Below, piece by piece: positions 28,355-37,058 of a DNA stretch of 64,000 bases. Every line of letters begins with the position of its first letter. Position 1 is the first letter of the stretch. This DNA comes from a virus (taxonomy: Duplodnaviria > Caudoviricetes). Below the pieces are notes generated by a model, which did no database searches, was not told the DNA's origin, and saw only the letters and a program-made list of their open reading frames with translations. A program made the position numbers and the translations under genes. Location: positions 96,001 through 160,000 of IMG/VR virus record IMGVR_UViG_3300014208_000023; one strand, 5' to 3'.

Positions 28355-29718
28355 TTCTTTCGCCTATCTATGGTGTTATTATTGGCTAGAAACTTACCAA
28401 AACCCGATTGGCTTTTTGCGATCTTTGCTTTTACTTCATCAATTTTACTTATGTGTTTTTCTTTCTGATTTGACGCCTGATCTAAAGCCTTCGTGCGCTC
28501 TGCTTCTTTAACTTTAGTTACTTCCGCCATTTGCGCAGTCTCTACTCTCAAAAAGTCTAGGCGCTGATGTGGCATGCTGAGACCTGAGAAGATTGAGAAA
28601 ATATTAATTACTCCATCCTCAACCGTATTATCAACATAATATCCCTTGAATACAGCAATAGCTCCCTCACACTTCGCGGTGAATTGTGCCGAAGCATAGT
28701 TGATATGAGTAGATGGTATTGTTTCCCAAGTTTTTTCTGAGGCAACAACTACAAGGCTGGCTAGGTGAGCATTCTTAATATCAAGATTTGATAGTAAGTT
28801 AGCCTCTAGTGAGCCTTCGATGGCGGTGGCTATGCTGAGTGGGTTCTCATCTTCTCCGAATGGCATAGTGATCTTTGAATAAGAAACGCAGCCACGGCCC
28901 TCAAGCAGTAGTCTCGTAAATTCTGCTCCGTCGAATGCCTGATTTTTCGATGGCATAGCAGATAGCTTATTGATTTCACATAGAGGCTCAACTATAGCCT
29001 TATTGGCTAGCTCGAAAAACTTCATATATGAAACGTCAGAATACATTTCTTCAATCTTGGCATTATCAACACAAATTACGTTGGCGATAGACCCAGACTT
29101 TAACATGTCTGATAGTGCTTCTAGGCTATTCACTGAATTTGATTTAATGGAAGCATCGTCACTTGTCATTGGAAGTAATGCGAGGACTAGCACGGGCTTC
29201 TGTGTGGCATTAAGGATATCAATTACGACTGGTAGGGATCCTGAACCAGTTCCGCCCCCTAAAGATGAGCAGACAATGAAGGCCTGACAATCACCAAGCT
29301 GACGCTTAACGGCCGTTGCGATTGTATCATAATATACTTCAGCAACTTCTTTGCCTACAGACTGGTCCTTGGCACAACCTGAAACACCAGTATCTAGAAA
29401 AATCTTTTGAGTGTCAGGTATGTCAAGCAAATCAAGATCTTGACGTGCAGTATTAACGACTATAGTTGGGTATGCGTTTGGTAGCTTGAAAAACTCAACT
29501 GCAACCGAGGAGCCGCCTTGACCAAGGCCTATAATGCCCAGCTTAAGCGCGCGGTCGGCCTTTGGCTTTTCTGCGTCCTTGGCTTTTGCAGCAAGTTTGG
29601 CCTTTAGTTCGGCCAATTTGTCTTGATTAACTACTGGAGCAGCGTTACTAATATCATCGTGAATTTCTTCTTTTGTCATTTCTATTTTTTCCGATTTAGC
29701 TGTCATTGTTTTATCCAA
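28351..29718 (-). CDS. Tubulin/FtsZ-family GTPase (PhuZ/TubZ-like)
   Basis: IIGLGQGGS, VNTA..D, G..GCAKD...G, SLGGGTGSG signature, VDN. Confidence 0.9.
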   Translation of the reverse strand: MDKTMTAKSEKIEMTKEEIHDDISNAAPVVNQDKLAELKAKLAAKAKDAEKPKADRALKLGIIGLGQGGSSVAVEFFKLPNAYPTIVVNTARQDLDLLDIPDTQKIFLDTGVSGCAKDQSVGKEVAEVYYDTIATAVKRQLGDCQAFIVCSSLGGGTGSGSLPVVIDILNATQKPVLVLALLPMTSDDASIKSNSVNSLEALSDMLKSGSIANVICVDNAKIEEMYSDVSYMKFFELANKAIVEPLCEINKLSAMPSKNQAFDGAEFTRLLLEGRGCVSYSKITMPFGEDENPLSIATAIEGSLEANLLSNLDIKNAHLASLVVVASEKTWETIPSTHINYASAQFTAKCEGAIAVFKGYYVDNTVEDGVINIFSIFSGLSMPHQRLDFLRVETAQMAEVTKVKEAERTKALDQASNQKEKHISKIDEVKAKIAKSQSGFGKFLANNNTIDRRKK

Positions 29719-30668
29719 TATTTATTTAATAGGAACCATTCTATGGTATTTTGAATACCATCTTTGAACTTAATCTTTGGTTCCCATCCTAGTTTTTTAG
29801 TTTTATCACTTGAGAGACTATATCTGAAATCATGCCCTGGTCTATCTGCAACGAATTCTATCTGTAAATCTTTCTGCATAGTCTTGCAAATTAGTTGAGC
29901 AACTTCAATATTAGAGAATTCTTGTCCAGCGCCTATATTGTAAGCTTCTCCTGGAGCCCCACGTTCCATTATAGCCTTAATAGCGGTATAGCTATCTCTA
30001 ACATGAAGCCAGTCTCTTATCTGCTGCCCTTGACCATATATTTTTATCTTCTGACCATTAATCAGAGATTGAATAACTCTTGGAATAAACTTATTTGCAG
30101 TTTGTCTTGGTCCGTAGTTGTTGGCCATTCTAACAATATTGTAGTTTAGCCCTTCTGAATTACCAAGCGCTACAACCAAATGCTCTCCAGCAGCCTTCGT
30201 TGCTGAATAGGTGTTTCTAGGAGCAAGCGGTGCAGATTCTGACCAGCTAGCGTCATTCTCTGACTCTAGATGGCCATATACTTCATCCGTTGAAATATAA
30301 ATGAATTTTGAAACCTTGAACTTGCTGGCAACTTTAGCTACTATTTGTGTTCCAATAACGTTATTATGAACATAATCAATAGGAGAACTAATTGATTCAT
30401 CTACCGATGTAAGTGCTGCCGCATGAATGATAACATCTGGCTGCTCGTATTCTACGATGCGGCTAAATATATGCTCGTCAGTAATGTCAGCAATATAGTT
30501 AAAGCTATTTTTATTTATGTAAATACTGTTTAAAGCCAACGGACTTAATAGCTTATCAACGGTCACGATAGAATATTGCTTCTTCTCATACATAAGATTT
30601 CGTATGAAGTTAGAGAAAATGAAGCCGCTCGCCCCAGTAATTAGTATCTTTTGTCTTTCATTACTCAT
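29703..30668 (-). CDS. rfbB: dTDP-glucose 4,6-dehydratase (RmlB-like)
   Basis: TGASGFI, HAAA.TSVD.SI, STDEVYG, YSATK, NNYGP.Q, DRPGHD.RY. Confidence 0.93.
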   Translation of the reverse strand: MSNERQKILITGASGFIFSNFIRNLMYEKKQYSIVTVDKLLSPLALNSIYINKNSFNYIADITDEHIFSRIVEYEQPDVIIHAAALTSVDESISSPIDYVHNNVIGTQIVAKVASKFKVSKFIYISTDEVYGHLESENDASWSESAPLAPRNTYSATKAAGEHLVVALGNSEGLNYNIVRMANNYGPRQTANKFIPRVIQSLINGQKIKIYGQGQQIRDWLHVRDSYTAIKAIMERGAPGEAYNIGAGQEFSNIEVAQLICKTMQKDLQIEFVADRPGHDFRYSLSSDKTKKLGWEPKIKFKDGIQNTIEWFLLNKYWIKQ

Positions 30669-31486
30669 CACTGCCTATATAGCATGAAGTTAGGGTCTTT
30701 ATCGTATTTTTGAACTAATTCTTTGTCGATTTTATTCTTCCAACGATCAATGAATATTTGTAGATTTTGTTTAAAATATAGCTTATTAACTGGATTCTTT
30801 TTTAGAGAAGCGCTTTCGGCATGTAGTATATTTGTTTCTCCACAATAAACTACCTTCTTATTTTTATTCTGAACCTCCATACAATAAAAACTATCATCCC
30901 AACACCAATGTAGTTTCTCATTTAAGCCACCAATCTCTTTAAAAAGATTAAATGGAGTTAATATGACTGCTCCAGTAACTATTGGGTAAAGACGATTAAG
31001 TCGATCGCGTGGCTCTTCCTTAGCTCCTGCTCTAAAATGAAATGGCGTTCCTATATTACCGGGGTGAAACAAAACTCCTACGTGCTGAACCTTTGTTGGG
31101 TCATCCTCATAGTTTAGCTTGCAACCAACCACTCCAACGCTATTGTCATTATCTATGATCGATATCATTTTTTTAATCGACTCTGAATCTTTAAAAACAA
31201 TATCGTTATTAAGCATTAATATATAGTCGCCCTCTTCTGGAGCCATTTGTTGGCAAAGCCAATTATTTCCTTGCGAATAATTTTGAAGATTATTCTTATA
31301 TGCAAAGACGGTTACTCTATCATTTTTCCAAGATTCAACTATCTCAACAGTGTTGTCATTGGAACCATTATCCTTGATGCCCCAACGCCAATCAATTCCT
31401 TCTAATGCCGGAAGGATAGAATCGTAAAGGGCCTGAAGTTTTTCTTTGGCATTCCAGGTCAAAGTAAGTATTACTAATTTTTTCAT
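30668..31486 (-). CDS. Glycosyltransferase family 2
   Basis: DNGSND, LMLNND, GVVG, VTGA, GGL.E. Confidence 0.88.
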   Translation of the reverse strand: MKKLVILTLTWNAKEKLQALYDSILPALEGIDWRWGIKDNGSNDNTVEIVESWKNDRVTVFAYKNNLQNYSQGNNWLCQQMAPEEGDYILMLNNDIVFKDSESIKKMISIIDNDNSVGVVGCKLNYEDDPTKVQHVGVLFHPGNIGTPFHFRAGAKEEPRDRLNRLYPIVTGAVILTPFNLFKEIGGLNEKLHWCWDDSFYCMEVQNKNKKVVYCGETNILHAESASLKKNPVNKLYFKQNLQIFIDRWKNKIDKELVQKYDKDPNFMLYRQ

Positions 31487-31659
31487 TGATTACTTTCTGG
31501 CCTCTTTGTCCATTCAGAAACTATATTCATATCTTGATAATCCGCCAAGCTCATCCACTCATACATTACATGTTTTGAGTAGTTCTTTTTGATGCAAAAG
31601 ATTTTCCATCTTGAGGTGCGTTCATTTTCAAATACTATTATTTCTTCTTTAGTCATCAT
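31483..31659 (-). CDS. Hypothetical protein (58 aa)
   Basis: Hand-translated; ATGA overlaps on both sides. Confidence 0.55.
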   Translation of the reverse strand: MMTKEEIIVFENERTSRWKIFCIKKNYSKHVMYEWMSLADYQDMNIVSEWTKRPESNQ

Positions 31660-32678
31660 AATCCTACTTGCATTCCTACTCCGGCCTGAAATGATCCTGC
31701 CGTATTAATTCCTAGAACGGGGCCAATATAAAGATTGTTTAATAGTGTTCCGGAAATTGCCTTGCCAACATTAAATTGAATTGGGCTTAACTCTGCTGCC
31801 GGCCTCTGCTCAATCATATTATATCCGGCGCCTATACTCAACACTCGTATGTCTGGGCTTGTTTTTGTTTTACCGTAACTCATAATGCTCAAGCTTAAGC
31901 TTGGAGTTGCCTCTGCCTTTACTGTAGAACCAGATAAACTTGCTGCTCCTGAAAATCCAAGCGCAATGCGAGGGTTCCACCAAGAAAAGGAACTAGAGGG
32001 AAACTTTTCGACTGTTTGACTACTAGTGATAGGAATGGCAAAACTGTCATTACCTGACTTAATGGAGAGGGCATTATAGATGACCGTTTGTCCATCAGCG
32101 GTATGCGCAATAGTATTATCGATTTTATACTGTCTCGGTAATATATTATATCCCCAAGGCTTGTTGTCTGCGGTTCCTGCATTAAATTGCACATCTCCGA
32201 TTGGAACTTGAATTTTATCAAAGTTTTCGGATAACTTAAGAGTTTGAATTGTTGAAAAAAAGTTGTTTGGATCTTTAATGCAATCCACCTCCTTACCATT
32301 ACATATGATTTTTGGAACTGGAGTAACCGTAGTTAGCGTAACCACTACGGTAGATGGAATGTTAGTTACGATCTGCCCCTTAGAATTGGCAACAACAACA
32401 TTAATTGCTGAAATTTGACCACCCAATGTATTTAGGTTTTTTTGGATCTCATCAAGGCTTACTTGATTTTGTTTAACGAAATCCTCAAATCCTTTTTGAT
32501 TAACGTATTGTGATTGCGAACGAACAATATCGTCCTTGAGGCGTTGCATCTCAATTACGGAATTTTGAATTTGTAGGGCCTGCTTGTTGAACATATATTG
32601 CTGGTAGGCAATAAATCCTCCAGCAGAAACCACAAGAACACCAATAATGATTAATAGTATTTTATTCAGCGTCGTCAT
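31656..32678 (-). CDS. Membrane-anchored protein: N-terminal TM, coiled coil, beta-rich C-terminus
   Basis: ILLIIIGVLVVSAGGFIAY anchor, Gln-rich helix, alternating strands ending FQAGVGMQVGL. Confidence 0.7.
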   Translation of the reverse strand: MTTLNKILLIIIGVLVVSAGGFIAYQQYMFNKQALQIQNSVIEMQRLKDDIVRSQSQYVNQKGFEDFVKQNQVSLDEIQKNLNTLGGQISAINVVVANSKGQIVTNIPSTVVVTLTTVTPVPKIICNGKEVDCIKDPNNFFSTIQTLKLSENFDKIQVPIGDVQFNAGTADNKPWGYNILPRQYKIDNTIAHTADGQTVIYNALSIKSGNDSFAIPITSSQTVEKFPSSSFSWWNPRIALGFSGAASLSGSTVKAEATPSLSLSIMSYGKTKTSPDIRVLSIGAGYNMIEQRPAAELSPIQFNVGKAISGTLLNNLYIGPVLGINTAGSFQAGVGMQVGL

Positions 32679-32865
32679 TTCTTTTATCCTGCTTTAGCAT
32701 TTGTCGCATTACCCCATAAACGCATTCACGGCTACATAATTCATATTTTATGTCATTTTGGACAAATTTAAAATCAGCTTTATAAAGAAACTGTTTAGCC
32801 GGTTTGTCCATCCATTGAGGAGATTCTCCACAATAATCACATAGTAGCGTTATTCTGGTTGCCAT
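32662..32865 (-). CDS. Small zinc-finger protein
   Basis: CDYCG...LCSREC; GGAGG SD before ATG at 32865. Confidence 0.7.
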   Translation of the reverse strand: MATRITLLCDYCGESPQWMDKPAKQFLYKADFKFVQNDIKYELCSRECVYGVMRQMLKQDKRNDDAE

Positions 32866-33575
32866 TATTTCTTCCTCCACACTTCAAGAAATACTTTTTT
32901 GGATTGACCATATAGTTTAGCCGTATTAATTTGCTTGCTAGTAATCTTTCCAAAATGACTAACTGAATTATTAGGAATAAGTGATAATGGTAGTCCCATC
33001 TCGGATGCCTTAAAGCTTAAATGAGTATCTTCAAAATAAGCAAAATATAGTTTGCTATTGAATGGCCCCTCATTACCTTCTTCAATTAACTTATCAAAAG
33101 TTTTCTTTGTGGCCGTAAGCATCCAGCCGCTTAAGTAGTTGAACTTCTTCTCTCCATCAGTTTCATAGCAAAACTGAAACTCCCGTTTTGGATCTACAAA
33201 TCCGCCAGTTGGAGACATTATTTGATTTGGATTTTCCTGTAACGCATTTAGATATACATCAGTCCATATTGAAAGGTTAGCATAAACCTTAATATCATTA
33301 TTCAAAAACATAACGGCATCATGCTTGGCAATTGCGTAGCCACGATTACAAGCCGCGCCAAACCCAGTATTTTCGTTATTCCGAATATACACTAGATTAG
33401 GCATCTTTTTGACAAGCTGTGTCATCCCTTCTACGGTGCCATCGGTACTAGCATTATCTACGACGATGATCTCATGCAGATCAGCATCTAGGAAGGCTAG
33501 GTCCTTTAAGCAGGCATTAGTAAAGTTCCATCTATTATAGACCGGAATGACAATCGAAAGTTTATTTTGCTTCAT
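32865..33575 (-). CDS. Glycosyltransferase family 2
   Basis: SIVIPVYN, VVDNASTDGT, GFGAACN.G, FLNND, YFEDT; start at 33575 or 33596. Confidence 0.9.
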   Translation of the reverse strand: MKQNKLSIVIPVYNRWNFTNACLKDLAFLDADLHEIIVVDNASTDGTVEGMTQLVKKMPNLVYIRNNENTGFGAACNRGYAIAKHDAVMFLNNDIKVYANLSIWTDVYLNALQENPNQIMSPTGGFVDPKREFQFCYETDGEKKFNYLSGWMLTATKKTFDKLIEEGNEGPFNSKLYFAYFEDTHLSFKASEMGLPLSLIPNNSVSHFGKITSKQINTAKLYGQSKKVFLEVWRKK

Positions 33576-33582
33576 CTCGGTA

Positions 33583-33616
33583 TTTCTTACGAGCATAAAA
33601 TTTCTTCTCGACAACT
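33583..33616 (-). promoter_or_regulatory. Bipartite motif AGTTGTCGAGAA-N15-TAAGAAA
   Basis: Same 12-mer, same 15-nt spacer and same TAAGAAA as upstream of the sigma gene. Confidence 0.65.
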
Positions 33617-33829
33617 TTCTGTAACCCAAAAAGATTTAGTAGTAGTAACACATAGTAAGTAATACTAATCAAATAATAGATCAAGAATAGTATGCAGGGA
33701 TAATATAGAGCGGAGCGGCTATGTTGGCTGGGATATGATATTAAGATAGTTTATGTCTTTATAGTGGCCTAGGTTCTATAGTCGTCTTGCTATGATATAT
33801 AGTAGTAGTTGTAGGGCCGCCATCCGTTA

Positions 33830-33894
33830 TCCTATGATCTTTTTAGTTGTCGAGAACTCTTCCGTCGCAGCACATATAGTTTCTGCATAGGAGC
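33830..33894 (+). promoter_or_regulatory. AGTTGTCGAGAACT (33845-33858) inside a 7-bp IR covering the AGGAG SD
   Basis: TCCTATG (33830-36) pairs with CATAGGA (33886-92); 14-mer identical to the sigma-leader copy. Confidence 0.6.
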
Positions 33895-33902
33895 CGAAAT
33901 CG

Positions 33903-34247
33903 ATGGATAACGTGAGTTTATTAAAGTTTAAGTATTTGATGGCAGAATACAAATCAAGCCATGATCCTAAATTTGCAGTAGATATTTGTGAGATGTTTGT
34001 AAATGGAACATTACAAGCAAAAGGAACTACGAAAGATGGTAAGATATTATTTATTGTTTCTTCTAAATACAGAAGTAAATGTTCTAAATGTGGAGATCAT
34101 TATGAATATGGGGATTCTATATTTGTAAGAGATCAAAAGGCTTGGCATTTAAAATGTGCCAGTAATGATGACCTTGAACATACATATTTTAAAGATTGCC
34201 TTGAAAAAGGTTTAGTGGATGATTTTGAAAGGAATATTAAGCAATGA
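33903..34247 (+). CDS. Hypothetical protein with CxxC/HxxC zinc motif
   Basis: KCSKCG...WHLKC; AGGAG SD. Confidence 0.72.
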   Translation: MDNVSLLKFKYLMAEYKSSHDPKFAVDICEMFVNGTLQAKGTTKDGKILFIVSSKYRSKCSKCGDHYEYGDSIFVRDQKAWHLKCASNDDLEHTYFKDCLEKGLVDDFERNIKQ

Positions 34248-34522
34248 AACAAGCTAGAGGAAAATTAGAAGTATTTATGCAACATATGGTTGTAAAATAT
34301 GATGGGATGATAACTGAGGATGGTGATAGAATTTCAATTTTTGATGAAAAAACAGAACAGGCTCATAGTTATCCAAGTCAGTGGTGTCATATTATTTGGG
34401 ATAAGATTATAGTTCCAAAAAAAATAGAAACAAGATCGTGCATACAAATTGGTTGTTACAAAGATTCTAACCTATTAACAGAATACTGTTCAAGTCACTC
34501 GTTATATGGAAGCAGATACTAA
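34244..34522 (+). CDS. Hypothetical protein
   Basis: 92 aa, C-terminal C...C...C..H. Confidence 0.65.
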   Translation: MKQARGKLEVFMQHMVVKYDGMITEDGDRISIFDEKTEQAHSYPSQWCHIIWDKIIVPKKIETRSCIQIGCYKDSNLLTEYCSSHSLYGSRY

Positions 34523-34542
34523 ATTTTAGGAGATAAAAAAGA

Positions 34543-36954
34543 ATGATGAAGAATATTAGGATATTAATTTTATTTTGCATTGCAGTATTTGCGATGCCAT
34601 TAGCAGCACTAACATCATGCGCTACTACAGCTGACATTGCTCATCCGTATCGCGGAACCAACGTAGCAGGAGGGGACCTAGTATGGGGTCAGGCAAACTT
34701 TCAAAGTCCAGTTGCAAATACCGATTATTTATTTGTATCAAATCAGGACATTGATTATTTAGTTTCCAAAAAGGTTGGTTTCATACGCCTATTAATCTCA
34801 TGGGAAGCATTACAGCCAACTCTAAATGGCCCGCTAGCAGTTAATTCTTATTCGCAAGATTTAGACTCTAGAATAGCATACGCCACCAGTAAAGGTCTTA
34901 ATGTTTTAATTGAGCCTCACGGTGGTGATGGAACAAACTTCGCAAGATATAAGGGAGAGCTGATTGGAAGCACGGCCGTACCAAATTCATCTTTCGCTGA
35001 TTTTTGGACGAAGATGGCCAGTAAGTATAAGTCCAACCCAAAAGTTCTTTACGGACTCTCAAATGAACCGCACGACATGAGTACGGTTCAGTGGTTTTCG
35101 GCAGCTCAAGCCGCCATAACTGGAATTAGATCAACTGGCTCTATGCAAATGATCTTCGTTCCTGGAAATGGTTGGAGTGGATCAAGCACTTGGACTAACC
35201 CAAACGTAGATACTGCAACTGTTAAAGTGGCAAACTCAACTGCATTCTTAACTCTAAAAGATCCTGCAAACAATTTAGTTGCAAGCATTCATATGTATCT
35301 CGATTCTAATGGTGGAGGGGGAACTACAGGTATAGTGAGCGCAACTATTGGAGTTGAAAGGCTAACTGCCGCTGTTAATTGGGCAAAGGCGAATAGTGTC
35401 AGACTTCACTTGAGTGAAATTGCCGGTAGTCAAGCCAATCCGCTAGCTTCGACTGCCATAAAGAATCTTTTTGATTATATTCAGGCAAATAATACAACCG
35501 TAATTGGTTGGTCATGGTGGGCTTATGGTCCTCCAAGTTGGTGGGGAGGCTATATGTTTACGTTATGTCCTACCAGTAATTATACGGTTGATAATGCTAA
35601 AATGGCATGGCTCGCTCCATACCTAGTTCAGCTATCAACGGTAGGGCCGCCTACTCCAGTTCCAGCTACAGATTCTGGAACCATTGCTGATTCTAGTGTT
35701 CCACCGTCAGTTGTTGATGCTGCTACTGGATCATCAACCAAGCCAACTGCTCCAATAGCATTTACTAAAAATGCGATATTCACTACTAACAGTGGGCAAA
35801 CAAACTGGGTTTATGTTCCAAACAGTTATGATAATACGCACAATACTCCAACGAAACTTTTCGTTTGGCTACATGGATGCGGAGGCCAAAGCCGGTATGA
35901 CATATCTATGGTTTCTTATATGCCAAACCAGGACTGGATAAGTCTTGCTCCTGGTGGACGAGAGACTACTTGTTGGTCTGGCGGACTATCAGTTGATGGG
36001 CCAAAGATATTGGCCTCAATTGCTGATTTGAAAACACATTTCAATATCGATCCAACTCGTATAGTGCTTGGTGGATACTCTTCAGGAGGAGATGTTGGTT
36101 ATCCACTAATATTCTCTAATTCAAATATGTTTGCCGGAGGATTATTCGAAAATACTTCTCCAAAAAGCTATGGCGGAATGACTCTTGCTGCAACTGCCAC
36201 TAACAAGTTCCACCTAGCTCACCTAGCTCATACAAGCGACAATACTGATAATGGAAACTATTCACCAGCAACAGTAAGGTCTAACTATGTAACGCTAGCT
36301 GGATATGGCTTCAAGACTGAGCCAGTAATTGAAAAGCCAGGAACACATTGGGACTCTGACACGGCAACTTCTGGAACCGCTTATGACCTTCGCACATTCC
36401 TGCTTCCATTCCTAAATGTTGGTTGGACCAATGGAACTGCTATGGTAGATGCTGGAACGGTAGATGCAGCACCTCCACCACCAGCGGCATGTACTTATAC
36501 ATATTCTGCGTGGGGAGCATGTCAATCATCAGGAACGCAGACTAGAACTGTAACCGGGTCATCTCCGGTGCCATGTACTGCTATGGCCCAAACATTAAGT
36601 CAGTCATGCACCTATGTACCGCCAGTAGTTGATGCCGGAACGACTCTTCTAACTTTCTATGCAAGAAGAGTGGTTTATAATCAAGGAACAACATATACTT
36701 GTATGTATTTCTATGTTAAAAATACGTCAGCAACTAGCACTAATTGGACACTAATGTATGTTAATTCTTATGATTCAAAACTTACAAGCTGGTGGTCAAT
36801 GAAAACTGGTCAAGTAGTTGGATCATATGGATCTATAAAGTTTGCGCCAGTAGATGTAATATCCATTCCTGCCAAGACTGAATTGAAAGTTGGAGGAGCT
36901 TGCTTTGATTTTGGCCCCCTAAAACGAGTTCCGATCGTATCGGGAGTCAAGTAA
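34543..36954 (+). CDS. Lipoprotein: GH5 glycoside hydrolase + alpha/beta-hydrolase esterase + TSP1-like repeat + CBM2-like domain
   Basis: Lipobox LTSC; GH5 NEPH and HLSE catalytic Glu, IRLLISWE; esterase LHGCG/GYSSG; CTYTYSAWGACQSSGTQTR; Trp-containing C-terminal beta domain. Confidence 0.85.
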   Translation: MMKNIRILILFCIAVFAMPLAALTSCATTADIAHPYRGTNVAGGDLVWGQANFQSPVANTDYLFVSNQDIDYLVSKKVGFIRLLISWEALQPTLNGPLAVNSYSQDLDSRIAYATSKGLNVLIEPHGGDGTNFARYKGELIGSTAVPNSSFADFWTKMASKYKSNPKVLYGLSNEPHDMSTVQWFSAAQAAITGIRSTGSMQMIFVPGNGWSGSSTWTNPNVDTATVKVANSTAFLTLKDPANNLVASIHMYLDSNGGGGTTGIVSATIGVERLTAAVNWAKANSVRLHLSEIAGSQANPLASTAIKNLFDYIQANNTTVIGWSWWAYGPPSWWGGYMFTLCPTSNYTVDNAKMAWLAPYLVQLSTVGPPTPVPATDSGTIADSSVPPSVVDAATGSSTKPTAPIAFTKNAIFTTNSGQTNWVYVPNSYDNTHNTPTKLFVWLHGCGGQSRYDISMVSYMPNQDWISLAPGGRETTCWSGGLSVDGPKILASIADLKTHFNIDPTRIVLGGYSSGGDVGYPLIFSNSNMFAGGLFENTSPKSYGGMTLAATATNKFHLAHLAHTSDNTDNGNYSPATVRSNYVTLAGYGFKTEPVIEKPGTHWDSDTATSGTAYDLRTFLLPFLNVGWTNGTAMVDAGTVDAAPPPPAACTYTYSAWGACQSSGTQTRTVTGSSPVPCTAMAQTLSQSCTYVPPVVDAGTTLLTFYARRVVYNQGTTYTCMYFYVKNTSATSTNWTLMYVNSYDSKLTSWWSMKTGQVVGSYGSIKFAPVDVISIPAKTELKVGGACFDFGPLKRVPIVSGVK

Positions 36955-37018
36955 ATCAGTGACTGCTTTCCGCTCGTGACGGCGCGGGTTTCATAATAAA
37001 CGTAAAGAATCTGTCCCT

Positions 37019-37058
37019 AGGAGCCCTATCTAATAACTGATAGGGCTCCTTTGTTTAT
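37019..37058. terminator. Intrinsic terminator between convergent genes
   Basis: Perfect 12-bp stem AGGAGCCCTATC/GATAGGGCTCCT with 8-nt loop, followed by TTGTTTATTTT. Confidence 0.85.

Noticed and set aside
28164-28511. Plus-strand hydrophobic ORF
   Set aside because: Antisense to the tubulin 3' end and a coupled zinc-finger gene in a uniformly minus-strand operon
33792-33890. 32-codon uORF before ORF 33903
   Set aside because: No SD and no recognisable features; compatible with chance in a 330-nt gap
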